From Lingula anatina (Eukaryota; Animalia; Brachiopoda): a DNA stretch of 64,000 nucleotides. Under the pieces are notes generated by a model that was not told the DNA's origin, did not search any database, and saw only the letters and a program-made list of their open reading frames with translations. A program made the translations under genes and the position numbers. The DNA lies in assembly GCA_051362555.1 (NCBI GenBank), contig CM120644.1:22652534-22716533 (forward strand), given 5' to 3'. Within the stretch, counting starts at the first letter, position 1, and each line of letters starts with the position of its first letter. This document shows positions 11,721 through 22,799 of this stretch, piece by piece.

Positions 11721-14343
11721 AAAAAAAATGTTAAAATTACAACCCTTGACGAAAAGGGGGTGAACCAGAAAAAAAGGCATATATATATTTTTTTCTTTAA
11801 ATCAGGAAAACAGTTCTTGCTGTAATAAAACAACATTTTCACATTAACAAAATTTGGTACAAAATGTGGCCATTATCAGTGTCATTGCCTTCAATCTTAA
11901 ATGAAGCACGTTAACGATACACGAGCACAACAACAACATCCATTATAAAAAAAACTGCTTAGGTGTAATGTAAAGTGAAATAGTATAAGGATTTCATTAA
12001 ATCTACAAAATACAAAATATACACAATGTAGAAAAAACTAAGCAATTACAAAAGTGGTATCAAAGTTGAAAAAAAATGCATTGCTGAAATACACATTAAA
12101 CATTTAATAATACAAAATGAAAACTGGCACCGTTATTAAGGAAAAGACTGGTCACTAACCATATGACCAATGGATAATTACAGATGCTTTTTAAGTTAAA
12201 AATATATAAATTTATCCATGTTCTATAGGATTATTACCACAAGTGTACTCAGAGCATCACAAAAAGAGTGTCAATCAGAGGGATTAATATCCTAAATGGC
12301 AAAATGCTTTGTACATCATGATAAAAATCTATAATAAAAATCAACCTAAAACAAGGAGAAATCACATTGTATTCAAATACAATTAGAAAATGGAAAAATC
12401 AAGCACTGTTTAAAATCTGAATTTTATCTGATAATTTAAGAGGACACAATGGTTATTGAGCAGTTCTTTTAAATTCTATACAGGTTAACCCTGTGCAAAA
12501 TACAAATAAGTAACTACATACTTTGACACTTTTACAAATAAAGAGAAAGTAGAACATTCAGTAACTGCAGAAAATATAACAAATGTCACAAGCAATGTGC
12601 AGCAAGAATTTATATATAAAACTGAAACTGCACAATGAACCACAACTGGAGACCCACACAAACAATAGTGAACCAACTATACATAATTATTTACTAGACT
12701 TTTTTCATTTTGTTTTGGAGAGCTTTCCACACATTCATGTGGAGAATTTCACGAAATACAAAATGCATAACATTAAATCACACATTTACTGATATTTTAC
12801 TGATGTGCCAGACTTAAAGTTGAGGGTAAATTTCCAGTATCTTTTCACCACAATCTCCTTTTTCCATCGGCTATTTCTTTCAGTAAATTCTTTTTTCTTT
12901 CATTCATCATTAAATTTCAGGTTACTTGGAACAAAAATTAGTGACCTGTTGTGGTGGTAGGAAATATTTTCTAATGCACTAATGATATTCACGATTACAT
13001 TGTTATTAAAAAAAATAAGTATCCTACACTGTAGAAAAAAGGACTAGAACTATCATCATCTTGTCTGATGAACCTCGATCTTGAGTTGGCACAAAACTCC
13101 ACCTAGAAATTAAACATTATAAATAAAAGAAAAAATGAATTTAAAATAACTAAGTATCTCAGACAATTTAAGGAAATACTTTTATCCCAATGATATTACC
13201 AAATATTTGACAAAACAACAACAAAAGCTTAAATCAAATTCTAATTTAATTAACTAAGAGTCGATGTATTTTAAAATGCCATACAATATGAATATTTAGA
13301 CATGCTTTTCATTTATAACAACTGCTTTATTATTTAAGGTATGCAGTTGTTTGTTCCATGTCCTGATGATAAGCCCACCCAGGCAAGATTAACAACCTCC
13401 GCCATTCTGTATTAATTGGCTCCAAGTTCCACGAGGTTAAGATCAAGTCTCTTGTGTTTTGTTCAGGAGTGCTTATTTAAATGATGTTGCCCATTTACAG
13501 GGGCGAGTTGTTCACAAAATATACTTTTATTATTGTGGTCTTTTTGATGTGTTTGCTTCAAGAGCGGGAGGGTGTGGGCTCTTTCTTTCCATGGACAAAT
13601 CAGACGTTTATTTCTCTTTAGTGGGTAATGCTTCTCCTTTCCAATTTAATTCGTACCCCCCTCTCCCCCCAAAAGAAAAACAAATGGGGTGATTAATTCA
13701 GTTTATCTTATGGCATGTGGATTTTATTTGAGTCGTATAAGAAACTAGCAGAAATGGTTTATACGCATAACTAAGAATACACTTTCACGATTTTCTTCAA
13801 ACTTGGCCCGTTATTGAGGTTAGGCGATGAAATGTGACACCTCTGCTTTTGGGTCTGAACACTATGAACACTGAACACATTATGAAATGCTCTTGTGTAC
13901 ATTTGTATTTAACAAGGATGTGCAAAACACTGAGAAAATACTTTTTTTATTGTTGTTTTAGTTGTATTTGTTGCCACACCACACGAAAAGTAAACTAAAA
14001 CTAATATAAGTTTAAAAATGCACAGGAAGGTAAATCAGCTAATAATACTAAAGCAATACGTAAAAATCGTGCATAATAATGAATTGCCATATTTATACAT
14101 ACACAAGTATAAAATGAAGATTAATTTGATGGAGTTTATCAAGGTTGGGGATGTAAACCTAGAAAGGGGTACATGTTATAAATTTGAATAAATGGTATAA
14201 AATATAGATATTTCCACCACTATTTTGTATTTCCTTTAATATGTATCATGTAAGATATGTTATTTGGAATGAAAAGTTGGCCATTTGTAAGCAAAACACA
14301 TAGAATTAAAGGTGGGACAACCTTTTTGATCAATGTTGTATAT

Positions 14344-14692
14344 CAGTACACACTGAGCAGTACACTTACATATACCAGTACACACTGAGCAGTACACTTA
14401 CATATACCAGTACACACTGAGCAGTACACTTACATATATCAGTACACACTGAGCAGTACACTTACATATATCAGTACACACTGAGCAGTACACTTACATA
14501 TATCAGTACACACTGAGCAGTACACTTACATATACCAGTACACACTGAGCAGTACACTTACATATGCCAGTACACACTGAGCAGTACACTTACATATATC
14601 AGTACACACTGAGCAGTACACTTACATATACCAGTACTCACTGAACAGTACACTTACATATACCAGTACTCTCCAAGCAGTACATTTACATA
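14344..14692 (+). repeat. 32-bp minisatellite, ~11 copies
   Basis: CAGTACACACTGAGCAGTACACTTACATATA(C/T) repeated head to tail with no spacers. Confidence 0.95.
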
Positions 14693-15108
14693 GGATATTG
14701 CAAATAAGATGCTGATGTGTGTAAAATAAATATTATGGATTATAGAAAAAGGTTAATATTGGAAGATATAAAATATGTTCTGAAGACAAGTAACTGATAT
14801 TAAGTTCTGATTTTGATTTCAGCATTTCCATTGTCCGTTTTTTTTTTTTTTTTTTTTTTTTTTAGCTAAAGGCAATGTCTCGCAACTTTTGGGGATCGCG
14901 AAGTTTTTTTTTTAAATTGCATTCACTGAATTGCAGGCCATTACAATCTTGGTTCAATTAAATGTCTTCAGTGAAATGATGCTAGTAATGTGCGAAACAT
15001 TGGTGTATTTCTCTCAAAATTGTTTAATGTGTAGAACATCGGAATTGCATATAATTGCAAACGATAGTGGGGCAGGACCTATTTTTTCATTGTGTCCATT
15101 TATTACAG

Positions 15109-15625
15109 ATGCTGTTTCACATGACCATGACAAACTGTAAGAGGAAGGAAACCATCTAGGATAGCCATCGAGGATACCTTGAGCTCATTTACAACACCAA
15201 CAAAGAATGGCAGGTTTAAAACTGTGCAAAGGTGAACAGCCACAGGCTTAGAAGAAATTCAATATGAGCGCAGTAAAATTAGTTCAGGTGATGTTTCTTT
15301 GCTTGGTGGCGGAAGTGATTTACATTTATCTGCAATAAGAAATCACTATCAGGGTATTAGCAGGCTTATTGATGAAGGGGCTGATGTCAATTCACAAGAC
15401 AAAGAGGGTTTAAGTAGTTTACATTTAGCAGCAGACAACGGCAGTATTAAAGTTGCCACCTATCTAATTGATAAAGGACTGATATTTATGTACAAGACAA
15501 GGAAAGTAGGAGTAGTATATATTTGGCACTAAAGAACCGTCATTGTGATATTGCCACCAAGCTGTTTGATACAGATGCAGAACTGTCAGAGGAAGGAAAT
15601 CTTTTCCCCAGTGAAATTAATTCAG
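15109..15625 (+). pseudogene. Ankyrin-repeat protein pseudo-exon
   Basis: GGGSDLHLSAIRNHYQGISRLIDEGADVNSQDKEGLSSLHLAADNGSIKVATYLIDKG, frameshift, DIYVQDKESRSSIYLALKNRHCDIATKL gives about three ankyrin repeats. Candidate acceptor TTTATTACAG at 15108 and donor CAG|GTGAAA at 15625. Confidence 0.75.
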
Positions 15626-16199
15626 GTGAAAGCACGTGCTTTGGCGAAGATGTATAGTAGTCTATGTGGAATATCCATATCTTACATAGCCAATGAAAAA
15701 AGGACAGAATTGTGTTTTTTGCGGTAACATGCAATAACAAAACTAAAAAGAAATGGCATAACCTTCCAGTCTATCGGGAAATTCTTATCTCTTTGTCTGT
15801 GGGGAAACGCTGAGTCACGGACCTGTAACAAGTTCTAGAATATTCTGAAATTGTGAAAAAAGTTCAGTCTTTGCATATTAATAATTAGACACGTCTGGGT
15901 ATCATATGATTCTCAAGCGATTTGCAAATACACAGAATAACTAAGTCTCTGGTGAACATGCCTCTGTCAAGTTGATTTGCAAATATACAGAAATATTGAG
16001 TGTTTAGGTGAAATAACTACTGTATTTGAATGGACAGAGAGCGAACAGCAGCTACTCTGCTGATAAACAATAATGAATGGAAATAAGGTTATTTCCAGCT
16101 ACCCTAGGTAGAAATATGCATGTCACATCATGGAAGCAGTGCGGGTTACATGAAACAAACATAGGTCGCTTAGCACAGAGCAACTAACCATGTACGCTG

Positions 16200-16322
16200 T
16201 AGTCACGCATGCTGCACAGAAGTTATAGGTATCATGTTGTGTGTTACAGACTTGAACTACATATGTTAGTTTTCTTGCACAATAATTGAACTATGAGTAT
16301 TTGCAAAATAATGAGACAAAGG

Positions 16323-16386
<64 letters not shown>

Positions 16387-16776
16387 AGAGAGAGAAAGAG
16401 AGAAACGCACAGCCATTTTATTTTGGTGTGTATAAATAGCCCAATTTTTCATAAAGAAACATGGAAAAACTACCCTTGGGATTGCAAAAAATGGTCAGTC
16501 ATTTAAATAAACAAACAGATGCATTCAGAACATACTAAAACGATTTTTTCTCTGGAAAATTCCATGGGTTGGGGATAGAGAAAATGCCGAGTCATTGCAC
16601 TATGCTGCATATTAATATTCCAAAATTTAAAGTACTTGGGTAGGCAACATGGATCACTTAAAATTATGACAGATGTATATTTTTCACACATGTGGAAAAG
16701 TTCGAAATACAGCAAGGCTTTGAACACCAAACTATAGGCAAGAATGAGCTGACATGGTATTTAGAAACTTTTGAAC
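16200..16776 (+). repeat. Left terminal inverted repeat of the Polinton
   Basis: GGCAACATGGATCACTTA, CTTTGAACACCAAACTATA, TCAGTCATTTAAATAAA and TTTGCAAAATAATGAG are found in reverse complement at 22152-22600. Interrupted by a (TA)n(GA)n tract at ~16328-16400. Confidence 0.85.
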
Positions 16777-16799
16777 ATATTACTTTTGCTTCAATTAAC

Positions 16800-17095
16800 G
16801 TATTAAATATATAAATCCTAAAGACTTTTTTTTTGATCTGCAAGCTTGAAAACTCGTATTGATAAAACTTGATATCATGAAATGCCCTAGTACACTAATG
16901 TATCGTTGAATTGTTTTATCATTAGTAAAACCTCTAAGCATTTGATCTAAAGTTTTCTCGCAAGAACAGTTCAGTTCTCCTCCAAAAAGCATTCAAATGA
17001 ATCGTTATGATAATAAGGTCCTTTGGCATAAGAGTCAAAAAGTTTTCCAGTCCCTTTTTCTTTGAAGTACTTACCCTGCATGCATAATTGCCAAT
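16800..17095 (-). pseudogene. Polinton adenain-like cysteine protease remnant
   Basis: GRYWQLC..KGTGKLFDSYAKGPYYHNDSFECFLEEN resembles the GxHW..FFDSYG.P..F..FL protease motif, in the expected position after the capsid gene. Confidence 0.65.
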
Positions 17096-17099
17096 ACCG

Positions 17100-17181
17100 A
17101 CCCGCACGAAAAATCTGGTGGGCACATTCGTTGAGCAAAATGCCGGGGGGGGGGCAGTAAGTGGACACGAGGGGGGCTGCC

Positions 17182-17215
<34 letters not shown>

Positions 17216-17229
17216 AGGCTACGGCCCTG
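17100..17229 (-). mobile_element. Truncated hAT-like MITE end with poly-G
   Basis: Minus strand begins CAGGGCCGTAGC followed by G runs. A similar one-ended copy starts at ~7115 (AGGCCCGTAGCCAG). Confidence 0.5.
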
Positions 17230-17670
17230 TGTGTTGATCAATTTTTATGAACGCGTTAAGTTCAGCTAAACTACCAAGGTGAAATTATCAATCACTTGTC
17301 CGAATTCTACATTAATGTTGAGCGAATCCTGCTTCGTTGGCGTACTATAATTTTCAGTTTTTATCTGATGTCAAGCCAAAGCCAAACAGAGTGAACATTT
17401 CAAAAAATCTGTTTGATCTATGTTACATCTTGTTCATTTCTATCTGCGCTAACTGATGATAAAAGGTAGAAATAGGATATATGTAGCGTAAACCACCAGT
17501 GACCCCCTATGCTGTATGGTTTAAAGGGTATTTGTTCCTCTACCACAGTTAGACGCAGCTGTCACAGGTCATAGTGTTTTAAATCTAATGGAATTTTTCT
17601 TAATCACCACTGAAGGCGTCGCCATCTACCATTCCTAAAACGATGTGCTTTGGCATTGTTTGTATTTCGT
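17230..17670 (-). pseudogene. Polinton major capsid protein (double jelly-roll) C-terminal remnant
   Basis: QTMPKHIVLGMVDGDAFSG..RFK.HYDL*QLRLTVVEEQIPFKP..TLFGFGLTSD..SLNINVEFGQVIDNFTLVV*AELNAFIKIDQ matches the Maverick MCP motifs PK..G.V..AF.G, TLF.FDLTPD and VYAEF..ID. Confidence 0.75.
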
Positions 17671-17684
17671 GGATTTTGCTTATA

Positions 17685-18690
17685 AGATCACTGACCTTGC
17701 CATTTAACAAATGTTTCTTCGATTTACCCTTTTTAGACCCTATACACATCGTCTTTCTTTATGACCTGAATCATTTCAGGTTAATACAAGATTTCCTCTA
17801 TCTCTTCTTGTTTGTAATCTGCCCCCTTGTAGACTGGTAGTGACCTGTTTAAACGTTGTGTTATCGTAAACAGCTCCTGCGTCCATCCCTGCTCGTATCC
17901 TTTGGCAAAGGGAGATCTATCTTTGCTCAACCTTACGGTGTCTCCCACCTTGGATTTAAACTTTTCTTTTTTTCAAATTTCATACTTCCATAAAGGTTTT
18001 TCATACCACATTCGATTTTTTTTTCTTTTGACGCCCCCGTTGGTGACGTACCAATGCTCCCATGTTCAATTGTGTTGTATCCCGTCAATAGTTGGACTAG
18101 TGTGTATGAATATTCCAATGTAATGTTGTCGGTTAAGCATTTGTCCATGCGAGATTTCAAGGTTCAGTTTAACCGTTGGACGACAGAAATTTTCGTTTCA
18201 GCATTTTGTAAAAACGGGTATTCCTTAATTTCTCAGGTTTGCCTGGAATTTTCTATTTGAAAATTTTCTTCTGCATCAGTTTGTAGGAATGCTGGGTTTC
18301 GACCTTCAGCTAAAATATTACTAAAAGCTTCTTGTACATAATCCGCTGTTTTTGATTTGATGGCCACAACCAATGCGTACTTTGATTATACATCAATCAC
18401 AGTTAACCACATTTTCTCTCCTTTATTGTATTTTAATAATTTTCTGAGGTCAGCTAAGTCTGCTTGTGATTGCTGATCTGTACGACCAACCACAACACGT
18501 TTGGGATGGTCTCTTTTTCTTCACTTATGCATGTTGTGTATATGTATCTTTTCTTGTAAAGGACTTTTTGATTTGCTTACGGGTAAATTTATTAATCTTT
18601 TTGCGCCGCTTCATTTGATTTCGACACACTTCCAAAACTAGCAGGGTGGGAAGGGTCGTCATATATTTTAAGTGACCTCTCTAAAAATAT
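17685..18690 (-). pseudogene. Polinton rve (c-)integrase remnant
   Basis: IYDDPSHPASFGSV, RVVVGRTDQQSQADLADL, LTVIDV*SKYALV, QRLN*TLKSRM and GYNTIEHGSIGTSP, ending in a chromodomain-like VKWQG. Frameshifted. Confidence 0.88.
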
Positions 18691-18702
18691 AGTCTAAAAG
18701 TC

Positions 18703-19047
18703 TTAAAGATTTTTCAAGAGATATCCGCAGAATGTATCTGACTTATTCATGGCACAGTTCTTTCCATGGCTCAATTCTATACGTCTAGGGACACATCCGT
18801 GGGAGTTGTTGTTGATTCTGTGTACAAAACGTATTCCCAATACCTCCATGTATAAATTATTCATCAACAGCACTGTCCATGCAATAACCTCTGTGTACGT
18901 TTGTGTGCTTTTTAATAGGTCATTAATTTGTGTTGTTAATGTTGCCACACCTACACAAAATAAACTACTGCTACTATGTGCCCAGTATATATCTAATGCT
19001 GTATATAACTCTAAAGATTCTAAAGAGTTAGGGGTGTAACGGTACAC
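18703..19047 (-). CDS. Possible Polinton accessory ORF (114 aa, unknown)
   Basis: Open frame co-oriented with and immediately upstream of the integrase. No motif recognised, and the start codon is not ATG. Confidence 0.25.
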   Translation of the reverse strand: MYRYTPNSLESLELYTALDIYWAHSSSSLFCVGVATLTTQINDLLKSTQTYTEVIAWTVLLMNNLYMEVLGIRFVHRINNNSHGCVPRRIELSHGKNCAMNKSDTFCGYLLKNL

Positions 19048-19989
19048 TTTTGGGGGTCATGTGCAGTAAATCGAGTCTGTCACAAATGGTGGGAAGGCGT
19101 CCGGGCGATCCATATCCACGATCCACAGTTTCTGCTGCACTAAAGGATGAGATAAATCCCAAAAGTTTTCTATGAAATGGTCCGTGACTAACTACGAGAT
19201 ATTACGAGACTTCTTTTTCGGCTCTCTGGGGACGACCCAATTGGGGCCTTGATACCAATTACCAATTTCGTCTTGGAGAAGCACAATGTTTATTAGCTCA
19301 TTTGGTTCTCTGTTCTGTTTCTGATATTTCAGTAAAGCTTTCTGGATGTATTTCAAGGGTTTCAAAGGAAGTCCATATGCTTTAAGTAGTTCCTCAAACC
19401 TGTGGAAATGTATCACTGCTCATTTCTTCCCATGGTTTCCAATTCACCCCTGTGCTGTGACGCACTGACAAAACAACGTCAGCGAGGAGCGAGGAAGATG
19501 TAGTAAAGGTACCCTTTGTCTGGTGTCTGTGATGTAGATGAACCGCGTACTGAAGAAAAACATATCTACCAGCGGAGAGAGAGAGGTTCCTTTAGCCGCA
19601 TATATGTCACCTGTCTTGTCTGCAAAAGTCTACCAGAAGACATCCCCATGTGGCGTTTCATTTAGCCCTTTAATGCCTCCCCTTGGGCATGTCAGTCCCC
19701 GGGACGAATGCACGAACGTTGTTTCCCTTCACGTGGGTGTGGTCTCTTTCCTTCAGCACCAAGTATCTTGTTTCGAGATCAAAAGAAAACGAGTCTCATC
19801 TTTCCAAGACGCTCTTCGCTTTGCTTTCATTAAACCAGAAGGACTTTTTCAAGGTGTGCGCCATGTTTCCTTTCTCCAGTGGCGCAGGAATGAGCGTCCA
19901 CATTAGCCCGCCAGTAATACACGGAATCAGCCATTTAACAATCGAACAGACCCTCGCTGTTGACGATATGTTATACCAGATACTTGGAG

Positions 19990-20032
19990 AAAAATGATTT
20001 GGAAAAAATATTCCATATTAAATGTCAAGTCT
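19990..20032 (-). mobile_element. Isolated end fragment of the Tc1 family found at 27467
   Basis: AAAAAATATTCCATATTAAATGTCAAGTCT is the reverse complement of the Tc1 left TIR and its subterminal bases. Confidence 0.75.
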
Positions 20033-20659
20033 TTAGTTTATCAATTTCTTTTATTATTCCCCTAATCCAAATTTATTAAGACATACAGGTACGAGCATAC
20101 TAATATATCGAGTGACCTCCAAACGACATGCAGTACTAATTCAGAGCTTGACTGATAAATGAACACAGCTTATCTTCTTTTATTTCTTATTTGACGAAGA
20201 GAAAGAATGGAGGACTGAAAAATGTTCTAACGTTAAACCTTCATTCATCGGGCTGATACAAATAATTGTGCTCGGTATTGTTCACTCCTTTGGCATTTAA
20301 GCATTCTTTTTTGTTAAATGTTATCTTGGTAAATGGCCTCGCCAGCCAGTGAAGGAGGCTCCCCCCATGTTTCAGAAACACCATGTTTGCCGTAGCGATT
20401 TTGATAAAAATTGGAAGACAATCTACTCAACATGTGAGTAAAGTATATGAAAAACTTGGGTTTGTTTACGAGAGGTAGCATCCCCAAAAAAGTTACGGAG
20501 TTTGTAAACAAGTCGTAAGTGGGTATGTTACATCGCAAAAGTCCATTCGTCGATAAACGTACATTTTTGTTGACATATCCGTAACCCTTCGATCAAAATA
20601 ACAACAAAGTTTTTATTAAGAATGAATTGCATACGTTATTGCATGGTATATTTTGATCA

Positions 20660-22040
20660 TTAGTCGTTGTCGTCAAAAAGTGTTTGAGCTATTATAAGGG
20701 AGCCTCATTAAAATTATTCAGGTATCCGTGACATCTAGGTATGGGAACAGGGTCTTAGGGACAATGATACATGAGCAACCTATTACCTATGTGGTAATTA
20801 GTGAAATCTGTCACTTCATGGAGGGGTTTGTCTTGGGATGAGGCGACGGACTGAAGGAAAATACTCAGGAGGCCGTGAAAGGGTAAGTAAAGCAATTTGA
20901 CGTAAAGAGGCAGATGATAAGGATGCATGCAAGAAAACAAGGGTCGTCTTATTTGTGAAGAGCGGCTAGGAATTTGTTATTATTATCATTATTTATTGCT
21001 GGGTATGAATTCTGCTTTCCAATTAACAGATGATAAATTGAAGAGATGGACAGAAAATTTATTTAGTGACCCGAGACGAAAGGCTTGGTCATCATATAGA
21101 GGAGGGGGAATTGATAAAATGCATATTTGTCTGACATGTGAGCATACACTCAAAGTTCACCTGCCATTTGCCATCATCATATAATCATGGTGTTAATTTT
21201 TGGACCAAGAACATATTTTTGGCCATTTCTGGTCCACTGTCTGACTTTTCACAGTATTAAAAACAGATTGTCCTCATGTGGAAACTCTCCTATACATTAT
21301 TTTAATAAAAGTAATAGTGAGGCTGTTGGTATGTATCCCCCCATATCTCTCTCATTTTAATGCTAGTAAATACCCAGGGCAGAAACCTACCCAATTTTTA
21401 GAAACGTCATGGAAAAATCATCATCAAAAATCCAATGATGGGGAAGAACCTTGTGTGTTTGTAAAGAGCTGAGCCCACCAGTGTGTTCTTTTAAAGCATT
21501 CACTGAAAGGACAGTCACAACATTGTCTGATAGGCTGTTCATATGTCATTGTCCCTAAGACCTTGTTCCTATACCTAGATCGATCTAGCAGGGTCAATCC
21601 ATCTCCGAGCTTTAGGGGTTTCTTGCTAAATTACATTCAGTTTAAGCGGCCCTGATGTCTGGCATGCTTACTGAAGCTGAAGCGTAACTCTGATGTTCAA
21701 ATGATGCGAGGCTTTGGTAAACAAATAGCGTATCCTACTGACACTCCCGCTTCTGCAAACGAGTCATCAAAGATGACCAGATTGCGTAAATTTGCACAAA
21801 AAAGTGCGTGCTCAGGCTGAAAGTCAAGCGTCATCCCTTTTCTAAATGTTATGTTGTTGATGGTGTTTTCCATTTCAGTAAGAAACGGTTGCAAGATCGA
21901 ATAGAAATGACTTGTTTTTTATCAGGAGGCGCAGATATACACTGTATCATTATACCTGCGTTTCACCCAAGTAGTTTTCCTGCATTTTGTCGGGCAGAAA
22001 CAATCATCGCACTAGGCGATTTAAACCTCACGTCACCCAT
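20660..22040 (-). pseudogene. Polinton A32-like packaging ATPase remnant, split by an insertion at 20736-21577
   Basis: MGDVRFKSPSAMIVS-PTKC-GKTTWVKR (Walker A, frameshifted), RNLVIFDD (Walker B), FTKASHHLNI. Resumes after the insertion as CHGYLNNFNEA. Confidence 0.82.
20736..21577. mobile_element. Non-autonomous TAG..CTA TIR element (Academ-like), 842 bp
   Basis: ~50-bp TIR TAGGTATGGGAACAGGGTCTTAGGGACAATGA / TCATTGTCCCTAAGACCTTGTTCCTATACCTA with CATC/GATC flanks. Confidence 0.75.
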
Positions 22041-22151
22041 GATGATTAATGACATTTGCAAAGCACAGCACGGCACTTTATAATAGTTTTTCTGTCACGT
22101 GTTTTTTCTCATGGTACATTTCTACCACTCAACTTTTTTTTTTTAGCGCTC

Positions 22152-22600
22152 TTTTCAAAAGTTTCTGAATATCGGCCAGCTCATCGTCGCTTATAGTTTG
22201 GTGTTCAAAGTCTTGCTGTAGTTCAAATTTGTTCCACATGTGCGACTAATTCACTGTCGGAAATACAGCTCTGCCATATTTCTAAGTGATCCATGTTGCC
22301 TTCCAGTATCCTTTAAATTTCGGAATATTCATACGTAGCGTAGTGCAATAAATATCCAACTTCATAGAATGTTCCAGGAAAATTATATAATAGTATGTTT
22401 CGAACGCATCTAATAATTTATTTAAATGACTGATCGTTTTCTCAATCCCTAGGGTTATACAATAATAGTTCTGTAAGTCTTTGCCTCATTATTTTGCAAA
22501 CACTCATGGCTCAATTAGTTCATTTATTGTGCAAGGAAGCTAACATATCGTTCATGTTTGTTATTCACAACATGGTAGCCATAACTTTTATGCAAGATCT
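22152..22600 (-). repeat. Right terminal inverted repeat of the Polinton
   Basis: Reverse complement aligns with 16200-16776. Confidence 0.85.
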
Positions 22601-22799
22601 AAAGTATTTCAGACTGTAGCACAAAACGTTGCTTCTAAAGTACCGTTTGCTCCACTTCTGTGCTTACGTTATATAGTTCTGTCTGTGACATGAGGTTGGA
22701 GTCGTTATTGTTTCCTTGGTGACAAAATACACATGGCTGTTCAAGCGCTTTTAACACGGGTCGTGTGGTCATTGTGGTGAGTATGGCTTTTAGGTCAAT

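Larger units (their letters stand above)
16200..22600 (-). mobile_element. Deleted, decayed Polinton/Maverick (Polintovirus-like) element
   Basis: Long inverted repeats enclose co-oriented remnants of a packaging ATPase, rve integrase, major capsid C-terminus and adenain-like protease. Outer ends are not resolved and may extend to ~16040 and ~22750. Confidence 0.88.

Noticed and set aside
14344-14692. CRISPR-like array (32-bp period)
   Set aside because: Head-to-tail units with no unique spacers, no cas genes, and a eukaryotic context.
20280-20320. NAKGV motif suggesting a pPolB C-terminus
   Set aside because: An isolated 5-residue match with no other polymerase motifs, in the wrong position for the element.
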